From contig OX597818.1 of the NCBI GenBank assembly GCA_951406725.2, positions 113,708,001 through 113,772,000 of the forward strand: 64,000 nt of DNA, read 5' to 3'. Below, piece by piece: positions 28,440-43,364 of the stretch (position 1 is the first letter of the stretch; each line of letters opens with the position of its first letter). The translations under genes and the position numbers were made by a program. Source of the DNA: Octopus vulgaris. Taxonomy: Eukaryota. A model generated the notes under the pieces. That model saw only the letters and a list, made by a program, of their open reading frames with translations. It did not search any database and was not told the DNA's origin.

Positions 28440-29140
28440 TTTCCATCCATTCATCCATCTTCTCCGCCCACTATTCCTGAGAGGGTCGTGATGGGTAGAG
28501 CCCTCAGGCATTTCCTCCATAGGATCCTATCAGAAGCAATCGTCTTTACACTTTCTGGCTGGATTTCCAAACGTGACCACCTACGACTATAGATATCATC
28601 CGGTGCCGGTGTGGTACGCGATCTACATACATGTTTCTGGTATAGCTTGTGATCTACATCAGTTCAAATGGTATAGTCTGTGATCTACGCCGACTTCTTG
28701 ATCTGCATTTAAAATTCATCTATTTACTCGAAATGCAAACATTTCAATCTCATTTAGATTTCATTTGTTGAAGATTTTAGGATCAAATTAGCAAAATCTC
28801 TTTATTGCATTTTTAAATGATATCCGTGTTGTATGCAAGTAGTTACAGTATTCGTGTTTCTACAATGAAATAAAAATCAATAAAAAAGTTTCTTTTTCTT
28901 TTCTTTTTTTAAATATTTAACTCACTCAAATTTCAAATTTATAGCAAAATTTTGAATGTAGATCACAAGTTAGTCTAGATTTAAGTCGCTGTAGATCACA
29001 TACTACACCGGCACCTGTTATCCGACTATCTCCTTTTTGGTCTGTCCCTAGAAATTCTGCCAGCTGGCTCGGCTTGAGGAACCCGTCTTGCGATTCTTTC
29101 TTGAGACATTCTAATCACACGTCCTGGAACTGTGACCTCT
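28440..29140 (-). mobile_element. RTE-like LINE 3' remnant interrupted by a MITE
   Basis: GRVIRMSQERIARRV...RDRPKRR*SD[insert]DI...ASDRILWRK. Confidence 0.55.
28602..29015. mobile_element. MITE with GG-terminal TIRs and an apparent 8-bp TSD (Merlin- or MULE-like)
   Basis: ggtgccggtgtggtacgcgatctaca ... tgtagatcacatactacaccggcacc; flanks tatcatcc / tgttatcc; internal gatctac repeats. Confidence 0.7.
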
Positions 29141-29660
29141 CAATGCGGGTTTCAAATACTGCCGACGTCAAATTTGTTTTTTTGTAATTTTGGGCAGATA
29201 AAAATAAAGTTCGCATCAAGTACTGATATCAATTTAATCGTTTAACACTTCCCCCTAAATTTTGTTTAGCATTGTACCTAGGTTAGAAACAGTCATAGAA
29301 GTACATCACACTACTCTCTGTTCTGTAGGCACAAGGCTTGAAATTTTGTGGGAGTGGGGTCTAGTCAACTGCATCTATCCCAGTGCTCAACTGGAACTTA
29401 TTTTATCAACACTGAAAAAATTAAAAGCAAAGCCGACCTCTGCAGAGATTCAACTCAGACCGTAAAGACGGACGAAATGCCAATAAACCTTTTGCCCGAC
29501 CTGCTAACGATTCAACCGGCTGCCGCTTTTGAAAGGATGGAAGAGAAAGTTCCAGCAGGACTCGATCGCAGAACAAGGAAAGCCGGATAGAATACCACAG
29601 GGCATTGTACTCGGCGCTCTAACAACTTCGGTCAATGCTCCGCATAACTACACCCCATAA

Positions 29661-30055
29661 TCTTTATATATAAAAGAGAGGTTGTGTGTCTGTCTCCTAC
29701 GATTTAGATTCCTAACTACTCCCACATTTTGCGGTGCAGTTTAACCAAAACCGGGTATCTTATAGTCGTGATTCATATCGAGCCCTTCTGGGTATTAGCG
29801 CGCGTCTACGATGAGTCTACGATTTAAAAACAAATTTACCATCATTTTTTCCATTTTAATGCATTTTTTGCTATTATATAAGGGAAGTAACTCTCTAAAA
29901 ATGTCTACGATGAGTCAACGATTTAAAAAAAATTTACCATCATTTTTTTTCCATTTTTAATGCATTTTTTTGCTATTTTTTGGCTATAACTCTCTAAAAA
30001 TGCTTATATAGTTATTTCCCTTACAAACCCGAGCAACGCCGGGCGATACTGCTAG
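29661..30055 (+). mobile_element. Non-autonomous Helitron
   Basis: A|TC 5' end; subterminal hairpin cccgagcaacgccggg; CTAG|T 3' end. Confidence 0.82.
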
Positions 30056-32078
30056 TAATAAATAAATAATGTTTTGCAAAACGCTTAAGTATTAGTACAG
30101 ATTTTATGTGGCCTTAATTTTCTTTCTGCTATAGGCACAAGGTCTGAAGTTTGAGGGAGGGAGCAAGTAGATTATAACAACCCTAGTACTCGACCTGGTA
30201 GTTATTTTATCGACCCAGAGAGGATGAAAGACAAAGCCGATTTCAGCGGAATTTGAGCTAAGAATGTAAGGATCTGGAAGAAATACCACTCGATGTGATA
30301 ATGATTCTGCAAGCTTGCCGCCTTCTGTGGCCTTAAATTGTATTTATAAAAAAATTCGCAATGTACTGAGATACACTTTGTGGCTACTCGTATGAAACCA
30401 ATGACTAACAGGTTTCTTTGAGATAATTAACTAGGCGAGATTGATAACAATTTTTCTCTTTTCTCTTAGATATGACAAAATGTCAAATATGATTCCCGAC
30501 ATTGATTTCTAAACACGATAAAAATGTGAACAATTAAAAAAAGAATAGAAAGAAAGAAGATAAAGAAAATGTATTCACACAACCAATGAAAGGACCGTCT
30601 TCATATGTGGGAGACAGGCTCTTTTTCTATTGGTCAGAAATTTGAAAAAATAAAACGAGAATAATATATACTGGCAAACATATTCATACATATACATTTA
30701 CATGCATATATAAGTACACGCATAGATACGCACACTTACGCAAACACAAACATATATACATATATACATAAGTGTATAGATTCTTTTATTCTTTTACTTG
30801 TTTCAGTCATTTGACTGCGGCCATACTGGAGCATTGCCTTGAAGGATTTTAATTGAACAAATCGACCTCAGAACATTTTTTAAGCCTAGTACTTACTCTA
30901 TCGATATTTTTTGTCGAACCGCTATGTCGCGGAGGCGTAAACACACCTACACCGGTTGTCAAGCGGTGATGGGGATGGTAGTGGTGGTGGGGGATCGAAA
31001 CAGACACACACAGGTATATTCATATATACATACATATACGACGGGCTTCTTTCAGTTTCCGTCCACCGAACCCACTCACAAGTAAACACTTGCCCAAGGT
31101 TCTACACAATGGCACTGAACCCGGAAACGTGGTTGGGAAGCAAGCTTCTTACCACTCCTGCGCCTATGCCACACAGTCACGCCTAGATACAAATATACAC
31201 ATATCCACATAAAGGTATATGTTCTTATATAGAACTTCTTATAATTAAAAATGATAAAAATAAACAAATCTTTTACTTCTTTCAGTCATTAGACTACGAC
31301 CATGCTGGGGCACCATCTTGAAGAATTTCTAGTCGAATGAATTGATTTCATTGCTTTATTTGTTCTATCGATTTCTTATTCCGAACCACTAGGTTACAGA
31401 AACGTAAACACGCCAACACCGGTTGTCAAGCAGTTGTGGGAGACACACACAACCATGTATATATATTTATAAACGACGGGTTTCTTTTTTGTTTCCCTCT
31501 ACCAAATCTGTTCACAAGGCTTGGGTTGACCCGAAGCTATAGTAGAAGACACTTGTGCAAAGTGCCACACAGCTGGACTGACCCCCGGAGCCAAATGACT
31601 AGGAAGCAAATTCTTACCATACAACCATTATTTTTGATTTAGACACAAGGTTGGCTATTTTGTGAGAGGGTTTCTAGTCTAAACCATCGATCTCATCACT
31701 AACCGGTACTTTATTTATTAACCCTGAAAGGATAAATGTTTGGTGAACCTCAGCGTGATTTGTACTCAGAACGTAAGAACTGGAAAATAGACGATAAGTT
31801 CTATTTTTTCAAGCCATTTGAACTTTGATTCATGTCACAGAGCCACTGAATTAATCCAGTTAGTATCTATCTCTTTACCCGCTACTGAGTTATTAAACCA
31901 AACTGTAAGTACAGAGCAGGAAAAACAAATTACTACAAAGTAGCCAACCAACCATTCACGCACTCGCACCCATACTCAAATACACAATCGCACACAAAAC
32001 ATAGACAACACACATATCATATATGAATCTTTGAGTTTAAACATAGCCTATTTTATGATATCTAAAAGGAACTGAACA

Positions 32079-32159
32079 CCACACACACACACACATCACA
32101 CTAATATCACACTCACATGAGACTGACATATATCCATATAACTACACCTGTATATACAC

Positions 32160-32200
<41 letters not shown>

Positions 32201-32350
32201 CAAACACACAGACACACAGACACACACGCACACACACATCACACTAACATCACACTCACATCATACTGACATATATCCATATAACTACACCTGTATATGT
32301 ATATACAAACACACAGACACAGACACACACACACGCACACAAATACATAT
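32079..32350 (+). repeat. Local tandem duplication (unit of about 150 bp)
   Basis: acacatcacacta(a/c)...actgacatatatccatataactacacctgtatat...caaacacacagacacagacac occurs twice. Confidence 0.8.
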
Positions 32351-32453
32351 ACCTCTCTTTTCTCTCTCTGCATATATACATACGTGAGTGTGTGTGTGCA
32401 GTAGGAAATGGGGAAAAAAAGAAAAGGAAAGAAAAAAAACAACAACAACAACA

Positions 32454-32499
<46 letters not shown>

Positions 32500-34603
32500 G
32501 AAATGAATCATACCTAAAAGCTGAAACTATTGAGGCGAGACCCGTCAAGTTTAGATGAAGAAGGCGTTTCTTGATGACAATCAAACGCCCATATATATGA
32601 TTACAAGCACACATACACACACCTTTAGTGTGTGTATGTTTGTGTGTGTGTGTGCGCGCGCACATGCAGTTGTGTGCATGAATGTATGTGAAACGGTGGC
32701 GATGGATCTCTGTCGTTCGACCAACCATATAGCCTGTTCATGAATCAACGTTTAAATGGCTGAGTCTCGCGCTGGCACGTGTATCCTTTTACTCAGATAG
32801 AATCACCGCGACAAAGTATTTATGGCAGGACTGCAGCCTTTAACGTATAGATACTATTCAGTTAGAATGGGTTTCTCTATAGTTTCCGTCTACCCAGTTT
32901 CACTCACAAGATATGGCTCGCTAGAAGACTATAGCAATTGTCATTTGGCCAAGATGCTACGCAGCGCAAACGAACCCATTCATTGTGAAATGAACTTTAC
33001 AGAAGAACATGCAATATTGTCATAGACAAGCCAATGAGGAATCTGTTAGTGGTTGCTCGATGCGTTAGAACTACTACTCAGATATACCTCATTTGTCGAG
33101 AATTTTTGGTGAAAATAGCTCGCTAAGATTAATTATGATGTACTCAGTAGGGTACGTATGTATTTTCTGACATTTAAATACTCATCCACACATACATACT
33201 GTGTGTGATTGTGTGCGCGCGCGCGTATGTGAATATGTATGCATGAATGGATGGGTGGATAGATGGAAAAATGGATGTGTATGTATATACGTTGGAGAGT
33301 ATGCATGTATGTATTTTTCTATGTTTGGGTGTCTGTATAGATCTCCTCACTTTAAGATTACCGGGAAAAGGAGTACAGGAATTAAAAACAAAATATGATT
33401 TAGGGAGACAGACTTAGTCTGGGTATTCTTTATACAAGATATCTTCAGTGCTTAATATATAAATTGTTCACATTAGAGTATTTGACACACGTGTTTACAT
33501 TTTGCTCTTCGTTCAAATGGTAAGAAAGTGATAACAAATAAGAACTATTTCATTTCATGAGAAGAAGAAGAAAAATGACATTAAATCAAGGATTTACATG
33601 TCAAATACAGATTTGAATTGTATTAGGCCGCCATCATTGACTTGTAGAGTAGGGAGTGGGCAGTGTGAGAAAATATCGAGTTTCGACTTAAAAGATTTAG
33701 GTTTTGTGCTTATTCATTTAATTTGGACACTGGGTCGTAAAAAACGCTTTATTTTTATGATGGTTTATTTACTGATTCCCGATTCAATGGAAGATGTACG
33801 GCTTACTTCAATAACAACAAGAAAGTAACAACAACAGCAGCAACAACACCAGCAGCAACAAACTATGACAATATAATAAATTATATTTCTGTGTCATTAT
33901 GAAAAAGAAGTAACATGTTATTGCGATAGTCGCAAGAGTTGGTAGGGCAGTTATGGCATGAATTTAATGGTAGATATAAAGCAACGATTTGGCTAAGTTG
34001 TTTGAGAGTCGGATTCAATACCTCGCGATCTTTGTTCCAATTCTCTGAAATCTGAGTTCAAATTCTGCTGAGGTTAGCTCTGCTTTTCGTCTCTTTCATG
34101 GTCGATAAAAATTACCAATAAACTGCAATGTATTATTGCTGGAATTGTAAGAACGTTGTCCTGGACGCTCTCCTCTATTTGTTCAAACTCTTTGCTTTCT
34201 GAGTTCAAATCCCTCTGTATTTGAAAAGTGATGACGTTCATCCTACCCTGACTATACCAGGGATTAAAGTGAGAAAGCGAAACTTACTTCTCTTATCCTT
34301 AGCTTACGGAGTTGCCGAATATTTCTTGATATATGAAAGTGAGTATATGTCTATTACGACTACCATACATGTCTATTATGAGTATATGTCTGTTATGACT
34401 GTCAATTGAGAAAGTACATCCGGTTGCTTCAAACTAAAAAGACCATCAATCCTGACAATCTGCCTTCATTAACTTCAAATAATGCCTTCCACTAGAGCTA
34501 ACCTGGCGGAACGCATATACATACATGCATACATATTTACACATATGCATACATAGATATTAACACATAATTGCACATACGCTGATAAGAAAGAAGTACT
34601 TAC

Positions 34604-34743
34604 CGTAACTAAATGAGATTTAAGTATATTTGGTTGGACAGTTTTGGGTCGCAATTTAAATATATGGAACTCCGCTTGTAAGATATTTTCTTTACGTTCC
34701 AGAAACGATACGTTATAATAGAAGTGCATTTGATGTCGATAAT
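34604..34743 (-). CDS. ADMP: ADMP internal coding exon (140 bp, prodomain)
   Basis: ttcgcag|AT TAT CGA ... TTA GTT ACG|gtaagt. Encodes YRHQMHFYYNVSFLERKENILQAEFHIFKLRPKTVQPNILKSHLVT, with the FxxNVS..E.I..AE motif of TGF-beta propeptides. Phase 0 end joins the 21922 exon. Confidence 0.9.
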
Positions 34744-36079
34744 CTGCGAACATAAAAAGAGGCCAAGGAATTACGCATCAACTATTTGCAATTGACAAGT
34801 TATAAAAATATATAAATAAATAATTGTTATTGTCACTCAGTACAGCGAGTTCTTAAATGATGATTTGCAAGTTTACTCTTAATACGTTCTGGCATATTCG
34901 AATTCAAATATGCTAGTCGCTGGTGTGTATGTCACAAGAGAACAATTTGTCCTTTTTAGGACGTCAGTTCTAAATATAGAAATAAAATATGACAGACACA
35001 CAACACAAAAGAACCAAGTGAGGCTGGCAACATAGACCTGGTTAGAAAGCATTCGTTAGTGGTTTAATAACTGCAATATTCACAGATGTAAATGACATAC
35101 TTCGTGAAAGATCTGAATATTCCACTACCTGGAATAAGATTGAAAATGTTTGAATTTATTGGTGATATTGGAATATTTTTTTCTAAGGGAGGTAAAATAA
35201 CTTAGTGAATTGTTCATGATACTATAAACTTTGACTTAATATTATAAAATTACTTTCATTATTAAACTCATAGAAAATGGTGAACTGGTAGGATCGTTAC
35301 CGCGTCGAACAAAATGATTAGTGGACTTTCTTCTGGTTCTTTACCTTCTGAGTTCAAATGACTTCGAGTCGACTTTGCCTTTTATCCTTTCGAGGTCGAT
35401 GAAATAAATACCAGTTGAGCATTGGGATCGATGTAAATGACTTGCCTCCTCCCCTAAAATTGCTGGCCTTGTGTTAAGATTTGAAGCAATAATTAAATCC
35501 ATACACGATCCTTTATCACTAGGTTTCAAGAATGTGCAAGGTACTGCATAGGTGAACTGGAGTGAAGAAAGTCGAGAAGAGATGGACAATCTGGACCAAA
35601 GCAAAACCAAGACAGAAATGGAGAGAACCGAACAGATTCGAACAAAGTAGGACAACCCGAAATATGTGTAGAATTAATGTGTGTTGAGAATAATGTAGTG
35701 TGAAGAAGAAAAGAAACGAATAGAAACGTCGAATAATGCCGAATAATGCTGGTGTCAAGCATCATAGACTAAAACAAATAAGACAGAATTGGCTGCGTTG
35801 AACAGATTAGTATTTCATAATACAAGAGGGATACAAATTGGACACTTCGTTTTCATGTAGTTGCTGTTTAGCACAAAGTTAGCTTTAATTGAGCAGACTT
35901 ATGATGATAGGCAATGAAGCCATGATCATCTAATTCTTTATTTCGGCAAATATTGTATCGCGAACAACTATTTCTAATGTGTCGTTTCTCTTTTTATGAT
36001 GGTGGTGTGTGATGTGAGCGAGAATTGAGTGCTATTTCCTGCAGTTCAACTGACCACATACAAGCGCTTTTGTTGACTC

Positions 36080-36800
36080 ATTCACCTTCATATACCTTAT
36101 CTGAAACAAACCAAGGAGAAACAGTTCTTGTCTGAACTGCCTTAGTTAGATCGACTTGCTTAATATTCCTCTGAGTGACTGCATGTCGACGGCTGCAAAA
36201 AAACCCAAGAAGGGGATTCCAGAGAGCTACCATTCGGAGGAGGAAGGAATAGGAATAATGTTTAGTGTAGAGGATAGCAAGATCACCTGATGGATAGTAA
36301 GGGGAGGAGAGACAAGTTGCTGAGAAGTGATTGAATAAGAGCAGCACAAATCCAGCCAGTTTTGATGAACAGTGACCACTGTAGTTACGGTTGAGTGCAT
36401 CGGTGAGTTACTTCAAGTCGAGTAGCCCTTCTTGAGTGCTCTCTAGGATGATTGTGGGTTTAGCAGCAATACTGTCCTCCTATGTGTGAAAGCAATACTT
36501 CATTGGAAATCTTAATTGAGCCTTGTACAGGAATTTGTAGTTGGTGAAAGATATGCTTCCTAACCTCAAAAAGGCCAGTCTTTCTCATTCAGTTTTTGCT
36601 ACGTTAAAGATGTGCTCAGCAAGATCGATCCTTGGTGATAATGTGATTTAGCATTTTAGCAACGTTGAGATATCTAACTACGAGCTGTAGGGTGGTGCGT
36701 TAATATAATCTTGAATAAGGAATGGGCCAGGGATTTCCCCTTCAAGTGGTGTTGCAATCAATACGTTGCAACCAAACAAGGAAAGCATCAGTCAAATTTA
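36080..36800 (-). mobile_element. Old CR1/Jockey-group LINE 3' remnant
   Basis: TKHYSYSFLLRMVALWNPL resembles the SFFPR...WNxLP C-terminal motif. Confidence 0.5.
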
Positions 36801-39129
36801 TAGTTTTGACGTTGCTTTCTCAGAGAAATGTAGCTGCCATGCAATATTTATTTGGAGAATTCTGAACTGGACCGTTAGAAAGTTAAATGGGTTATCCATA
36901 GGCTCAATGTAATGTCAGTAACAAGAGGAAATGCTGACCTCGCTTTCAACTAACCCCAATCTTGGCTGGGTGTTCAGTACCCTGTTGACTCGGTCATCTG
37001 TCCCCCCCAAGAAGAATATAACACTGAAAAACAAATATATTGAGCAAATGAGATACACCAAATTCAACCAGTGAACTGGGCTGAAAAGAACCATTCTGAA
37101 TAGATGAACTTAACGGAACAGAGCAGTGTGAATTCTATCGCAGTTTTTAATGTAAAACCAACAGAGACGAAGCACTATGAAGAGTAAAAAAGGTGTTTAG
37201 AGGGTATCAGTAACACAATCTATATGATAGAAAACCTATTAATCATTGCCAGTAATAAAAGAAAAAAAAAAGTAGAACTCAAAATAAGATTTTAAAAGCT
37301 CGGAAAGGAGGTGTTAACACGTGTCAAAAGAGGCTGCCAGTTGGTCGCCCCCTGACAACAATGTTGCTGGAAGTTGAAGGAGAGGAAAGGGTGATGAGTG
37401 GAACAACAGCATGGAGAAGTATTAGAACAGAGAGAAAGATAGGAGATGAGATCAAAAGGAAAAGAGATTGTTTAATCATTACCAACACACACACATATAT
37501 ATACATTTATATATATATATATATAGATAGATAGATATATTCATATATATATATAATATATATAAATAAATATAAATATATATATATATATATATACATA
37601 TTTATATACACACACACACATATATATACATATATATACGCACGCACACACACATACGTACATATAGTGTGATACAGTATGTGTGAGTGTGCACGTTTGC
37701 GCTTTCACATGTGCGTGTATGTGATTTTACATTTTATAATAAAGTGGGACGGGGTTGTGAAAATATACAAAACCAATGTAAAAGGAAATAAGAAATTAAT
37801 GCGATAGCCTAGTAAGATACGAACCCATGTCTCCTTATCTGTTTAACCGATGCTTCGGTCTAATTACTGAGTATCAAATCTCTTATTAATACTATAATAT
37901 ATACAAATTGTATGTATGTATGTATATATGTATGTACACGGTGCTATAGTATATACGTGCGCAATAATTTTGTAATAAGTTTGAATACTAAACAAGAGTA
38001 TTTGTTTTCATTTATTGTTTTTCGAGGTTGCAGCAGATTCTAATTCGAAATAAATTCCTCTTTATTCTTTTCTACTCTTGGCTGAAGGACCGAAATTTGG
38101 GGGGAGGGGGCCAGTCGGTTAGATCGACCCCAGTACACAATTGGTACTTAATTTTTTGACCCTGAAAGGATGGAAGGCAAGGTCGACCTCGGTGGAATTT
38201 GAACTCAGAATGTAAAGACAGGCGAAATACCTATTTCTTTACTACCCACAAGGGGCTGAACACAGAGAGGACAAACAAGGACAGACACACGGATTAAGTC
38301 GATTACATCGACCCCAGTGCGTAACTGGTACTTATTTAATCGACCCCGAAAGGATGAAAGGCAAAGTCGACCTCGGCGGAATTTGAACTCAGAACGTAAA
38401 GACAAGCGAAATACCGCTAAGCATTTCGCCCGAAGTGCTAACGTTTCGGCCAGCTCGCCGCTTTGTATTCCTCTTTATTCTGACAGTGAAAGGGCGGTGA
38501 GCTGGCAGCATCATTAGAACTCAGGATACATACTTAGCGGCTTAACTGCATTTCTCCTGGTCTTAGGTTTTGAGTTCAAATACCATCTTTCATCCTTTCG
38601 AAATTGATGAAATAAGTACCAGTTGAACAATGGTAGTCAATGTAACCGACTGCCCCCACCCCTCTTAATTTCAGGTCTTGTACTCATAGTGGAAAGGGCT
38701 ATTCTGACACGGAAATTAATTAGTAATTTGTCCAAGTCATTAGTATTTTACTGTTTGTAATTTTGTCATTCCTAACAGCTATTGCTTTCAACAATATATT
38801 ATATCTCCTACTTCGAATTAGTTCATATCGCAGTTCACCTATCGTGGTTTATTCTTTATGCTTACGTCGATTCCTCCGTGTTGTTGTTTTGCATTTATAA
38901 TAAAATAAATATATACAAATTATAAAAAAGAATTTTAAAATATACAGTACAGTACTGTTTCTACTTTGCGGGTTTTCACCAATCGCGGGGTGTTTTGAAA
39001 CGTTACATGATAGTCGAGGGCTTACTGTATATAAATTTGAACAATTTTTGATTACGTTTTAAAGCGACTTTGTACAATCTACACTCGAATCCTGGTTTAG
39101 TCAGACTAATGAATAATGATAGACCAATA

Positions 39130-39310
39130 CCGTATATCCAGCACATAAGTTGATTTAGAATACAATGTGAACATTCAAACATTTTCACTATTTTTTCAAA
39201 TCCTGCAGCATTTCATAAGTAATTTTTGGTCCTCCAAAGTTTCCTTGGACCTACCATTTTGACTGTAAATTTTGGTCTGCGAAGTTCGACTTGTATGCAG
39301 GAAAATACGG
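39130..39310. mobile_element. Tc1/pogo-type MITE
   Basis: TA|ccgtatatccagcacataagttga ... tcgacttgtatgcaggaaaatacgg|TA. Confidence 0.55.
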
Positions 39311-39759
39311 TAATTACACCGTGGTATCGTCAACAACGACATAGCTTTCATTCCTTCCTTCTAGGTTACTTTAACTTTTTAGTGAGTTTTGTATATCTGC
39401 TTCAGTACGTTGTTGTGTTCAGTTATTTAGTAAACTCCACAAACCCAGCAACCATCTACTCCGAGTAAATTTACTTTACTGAGTTCGATCCCCATTGAGA
39501 TATTAGTCCACCGTGTCAAAATCTGAATTATCACTTATAAAATTTAGTGGAGAAGTAGAATTTCCATCCCCACCATTAACTTCACGTTGAACTTGATGTT
39601 GGTGAGAGTTTAGCTGAAAAAATACTCGTCTTCAGAGCTTTTAACTTCATTTACCATAATTAATAGCCGCCAGGCTGAAGAATAGCGACAGACGCTTTTT
39701 CACAAAAATAGACAGTGGAAGCAATCTTTACAATGGATCAATGATTGTTGAAACCGACC

Positions 39760-41833
39760 TATAGACGGTAACATATGATATAATTTCACATGTCAGCAAA
39801 TCGGGAACACTGAAAAGATCATAGTAAGAACAAAACTATAAGGACGCAGAAAGGATCTGGAACGACAAGAGCTTAATATGGAAATCGAAACCGAAACCGA
39901 AACCGCTGTAACATTAGAAGAAACTATATATGCCATCACTAAAACAGGGTACTAGGAAGCAGCAGAGTACGATGGAGTTACTAATGTTTGGATTAATACT
40001 CTTGTTAGCACCCATAAAGACCTATCATTGGCATGTAATAACATCCTGAAAGCCCTTGATTCATGCTTGAAATGGCCTACAGGAGGATTAACATATCTCC
40101 TTCCTGAGACAGATGAGACAACAAACTCTCAAAATGACAGGCCTATAACCTACCAGCCACCATGTACAAGGCCCTTACATCTATTATAACAGAAAGGATT
40201 TACATATTTCTCAAAAGAAAGACAAGCTGCTACCAAAAGAATAAAAAAGGTGCCGAAAAGGAAGTTATGGCTGCAAAGATTAACTGCTAATCAACGTGCC
40301 ATCTAAGCAGTGAAGAGTAGAAGAAAGGAAGAATCTCTCCTCAGCATGGGTAGATTACAAGATTTATGACAGTATTCCCCCGTGGCTGGATTCAAAGAGC
40401 CTCGAAAGAGGCATGGAAGGCATGGAAAACCACCTTCCACCTGAGCTATGAGAAATGCATACTGACATCAAAACTTGTAAATATTAAAACTGTAATATTC
40501 CAAGGGGATGACATTCAACAAACTGGACACCTCGACATAGTAAAGACATTCAGTGATGACATCAGTATGGAATTTGGCCAAGATAAATGTGCAAAAGCCA
40601 CCCTCAAACGTGGGAAACTGACCAGCACCAGTAATATAGAACTTGATGCCAAAACCGTCATAAAAGAATTATAACATGGAGGCACTTACAAATACCATGG
40701 TGTGAATGAAGGTGACGGAAAACAACACGCCTTAATGAAGGAAAAGAATTAGAAAAGAATATTACCGAGGAGCCAGAATGATGCCCAGATCTGAACTGAA
40801 CGCTGCTATCAAATTTTAAGCCGTCAACACTGGCAGTGACAGTTGTAACTTACAGCTTCAACATAATCAACAAGACAATGAACCATCTGAGTAGAAAAGA
40901 CGTCAAAACACTGAAAATGCTAACAGTGAAGCAAGTGTACCACCCAAAACCAGATATTGACAGACTTCCAAGAAGAAACAGTGACCATGGCCTTATCCAG
41001 TTACAACTAACATACAAATCCACCATCGGAGGACTGGGCAAGTACATTGAGAGAACGGAAGACTCTCTCCTTCAAATATTCAAGGATCATGATGAATGAG
41101 AAAACAATTAAGTGCAAAATGGAAGGAAAAGGCAATGTACGGGAAAGATGCAAAAAGAAGAAGGGATGCTGACGTAGACGATCAGATGATACGCCAGTGG
41201 CTCAGAGCAGCTGGCCTTAAAGCAGAAACAGAACGCACCGATCCTAATGCAGGCTATGCAACAAAGTCGAAGAAGCAACAGACCATCTTGTATCGGGTTG
41301 CCCAGAACTTACTAAGTCATAACAAGGCAACATCATGCATGCACTCCAAAGAATATAAGCATCAAAACTAACGAGAAATGGTATGAATATCGATCAATCA
41401 TGAAAAATGAGAACACCAACATACTATACCTATTCATACAGACCGGAAAATAACAGCAAACCATCCGGACATCATTATCATGAAAAAAATGCCTAATAGT
41501 AGAAGTGGAAATACCATCAGAGAGTACAGCCCTAAAAGTCATTGAAAAATTATCGAACTACAAAGACTTAGAGATGAAAATAAACCGGATGCAGGCGATG
41601 AATGCTGAAGTAATACCTATCGCTGTTGGTGCTCGAGGGCTTGTGAGGAAAGGAATGAATAAGTTCACCTACAAACTGCCTGGTAACATCAACACCCCAA
41701 AAATCAGCATCCTAGAAACAACCCACATACTCAGAAAGGTGCTCTCCATTAAATAGTAACAACAACCTGTTTGATGCCTTAGAACCATTTATTGGATCCC
41801 GGCTCTATGAAGGATGAGCAACAGGAATCAGTA
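39760..41833 (+). mobile_element. Decayed Dong/R4-clade non-LTR retrotransposon (RT plus restriction-like endonuclease), copy 1
   Basis: CRKGSYGCKD, FSDDISMEFGQDKC, HPKPDIDRL, WLRAAGLKAETE, PDIII, YKDL and THILRKVL motifs; 3' UTR runs into (AAT)n. Confidence 0.85.
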
Positions 41834-41937
<104 letters not shown>

Positions 41938-41968
41938 TAACAACAACAACAACATCATCATCATCATC

Positions 41969-42046
<78 letters not shown>

Positions 42047-42067
42047 AATAATAATAATAATAATAAT

Positions 42068-42877
42068 AATATTTATAGGACTAATGAAGGTGATGGTATC
42101 CAGCACTCTATAATGAAAGAGAAAATCTGCAAGGAATGCTACCGAAGGGTAAGAATGATCCTAAACTCAGAATTAAACGCTGCTAACAGAATTAATGCGA
42201 TCGATTCTTTGACCATACCAGTAACCACATATAGCTTCGCTATCATTAAGTGGAGTCTCACTGATATGCAGAATATAGATGGAAAGATCTGTAAAACCCT
42301 CACAAGGCACCGAATGCACCATCCAAAATCAGGTGTAGACAGGATTTATCTCCCAAGAAAAATAGGTGGAAAAGGCCTGATACAGCTAGAACAATCTTTC
42401 AAATTAGCAATGATAAGCCTTGAAACGTAACTTAATACAACAACTGATGTGCTCTTACGAACTGCACTGAAGCATGAAGATTCCAAGTCAAGCTTCAGTC
42501 ATGAAGCTTAGTAAGAAACTTAAAAAGTCTCTTGGCCTACAAGTTAACAATAAGAATGACCAAAGACACCCAAATACTTGACAGACCTACCATTGCTTCT
42601 CCTGATTTAGGAATTAACAATCTGAAAGACCAACGAGATCCAAATAGGGACAAACCCATCACTGATGCAAAAAACAACAAACAAAAAGCAAAGATGGCTT
42701 GCATGAATAATATCGAAGACAACTGGAAAGGCAAACTCCCTAATCACCTGTCCAAGTATTGATCAAAATCTAACACAGCAATGGCTACAAGGAACAAGAG
42801 CCCTTGCTACTCTTGGCCTCCTGAGGATGCCCGGTACTAAAGCAGCTGAAATAAAGTTATAATGAAAAGAGACCATA

Positions 42878-42878
<1 letters not shown>
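42068..42878 (+). mobile_element. Dong/R4 fragment, copy 2, between (AAT)n tracts
   Basis: NEGDGIQHSIMKEKICKECYRRVRMILNSELNAANRINAI...MHHPKSGVDRIYLPRKIGGKGL. Confidence 0.82.
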
Positions 42879-42945
<67 letters not shown>

Positions 42946-42952
42946 TAATAAC

Positions 42953-43014
<62 letters not shown>

Positions 43015-43364
43015 TAATAATAATAATAATAATAATAATGATAAAAATCGTATTAACTGGAAAGGCTCATGTACTGAGAAAAGCACTATCGCTGTGAAAA
43101 TAACATCCATCCATGAATTTATTTATTAATTGTTAAATACATATTTTATCTGTGAATTTGCGCGTGTAATCTGGGAATGCATACAATGCCCTTCTCTGCC
43201 CTAGGTGTATGGAAAACACTCGGCGAGAAACGGAAGAAAATTTGAAGAAAGAAGGAAAAAACATAATAATAATAGTAATAATAAATGCCCTGATGCAGTA
43301 CCAGGCAGTGGCTCTCGTGGCTGCTGATATTAACTGATTGGAAGTGTTATCATGTACATTGTTT

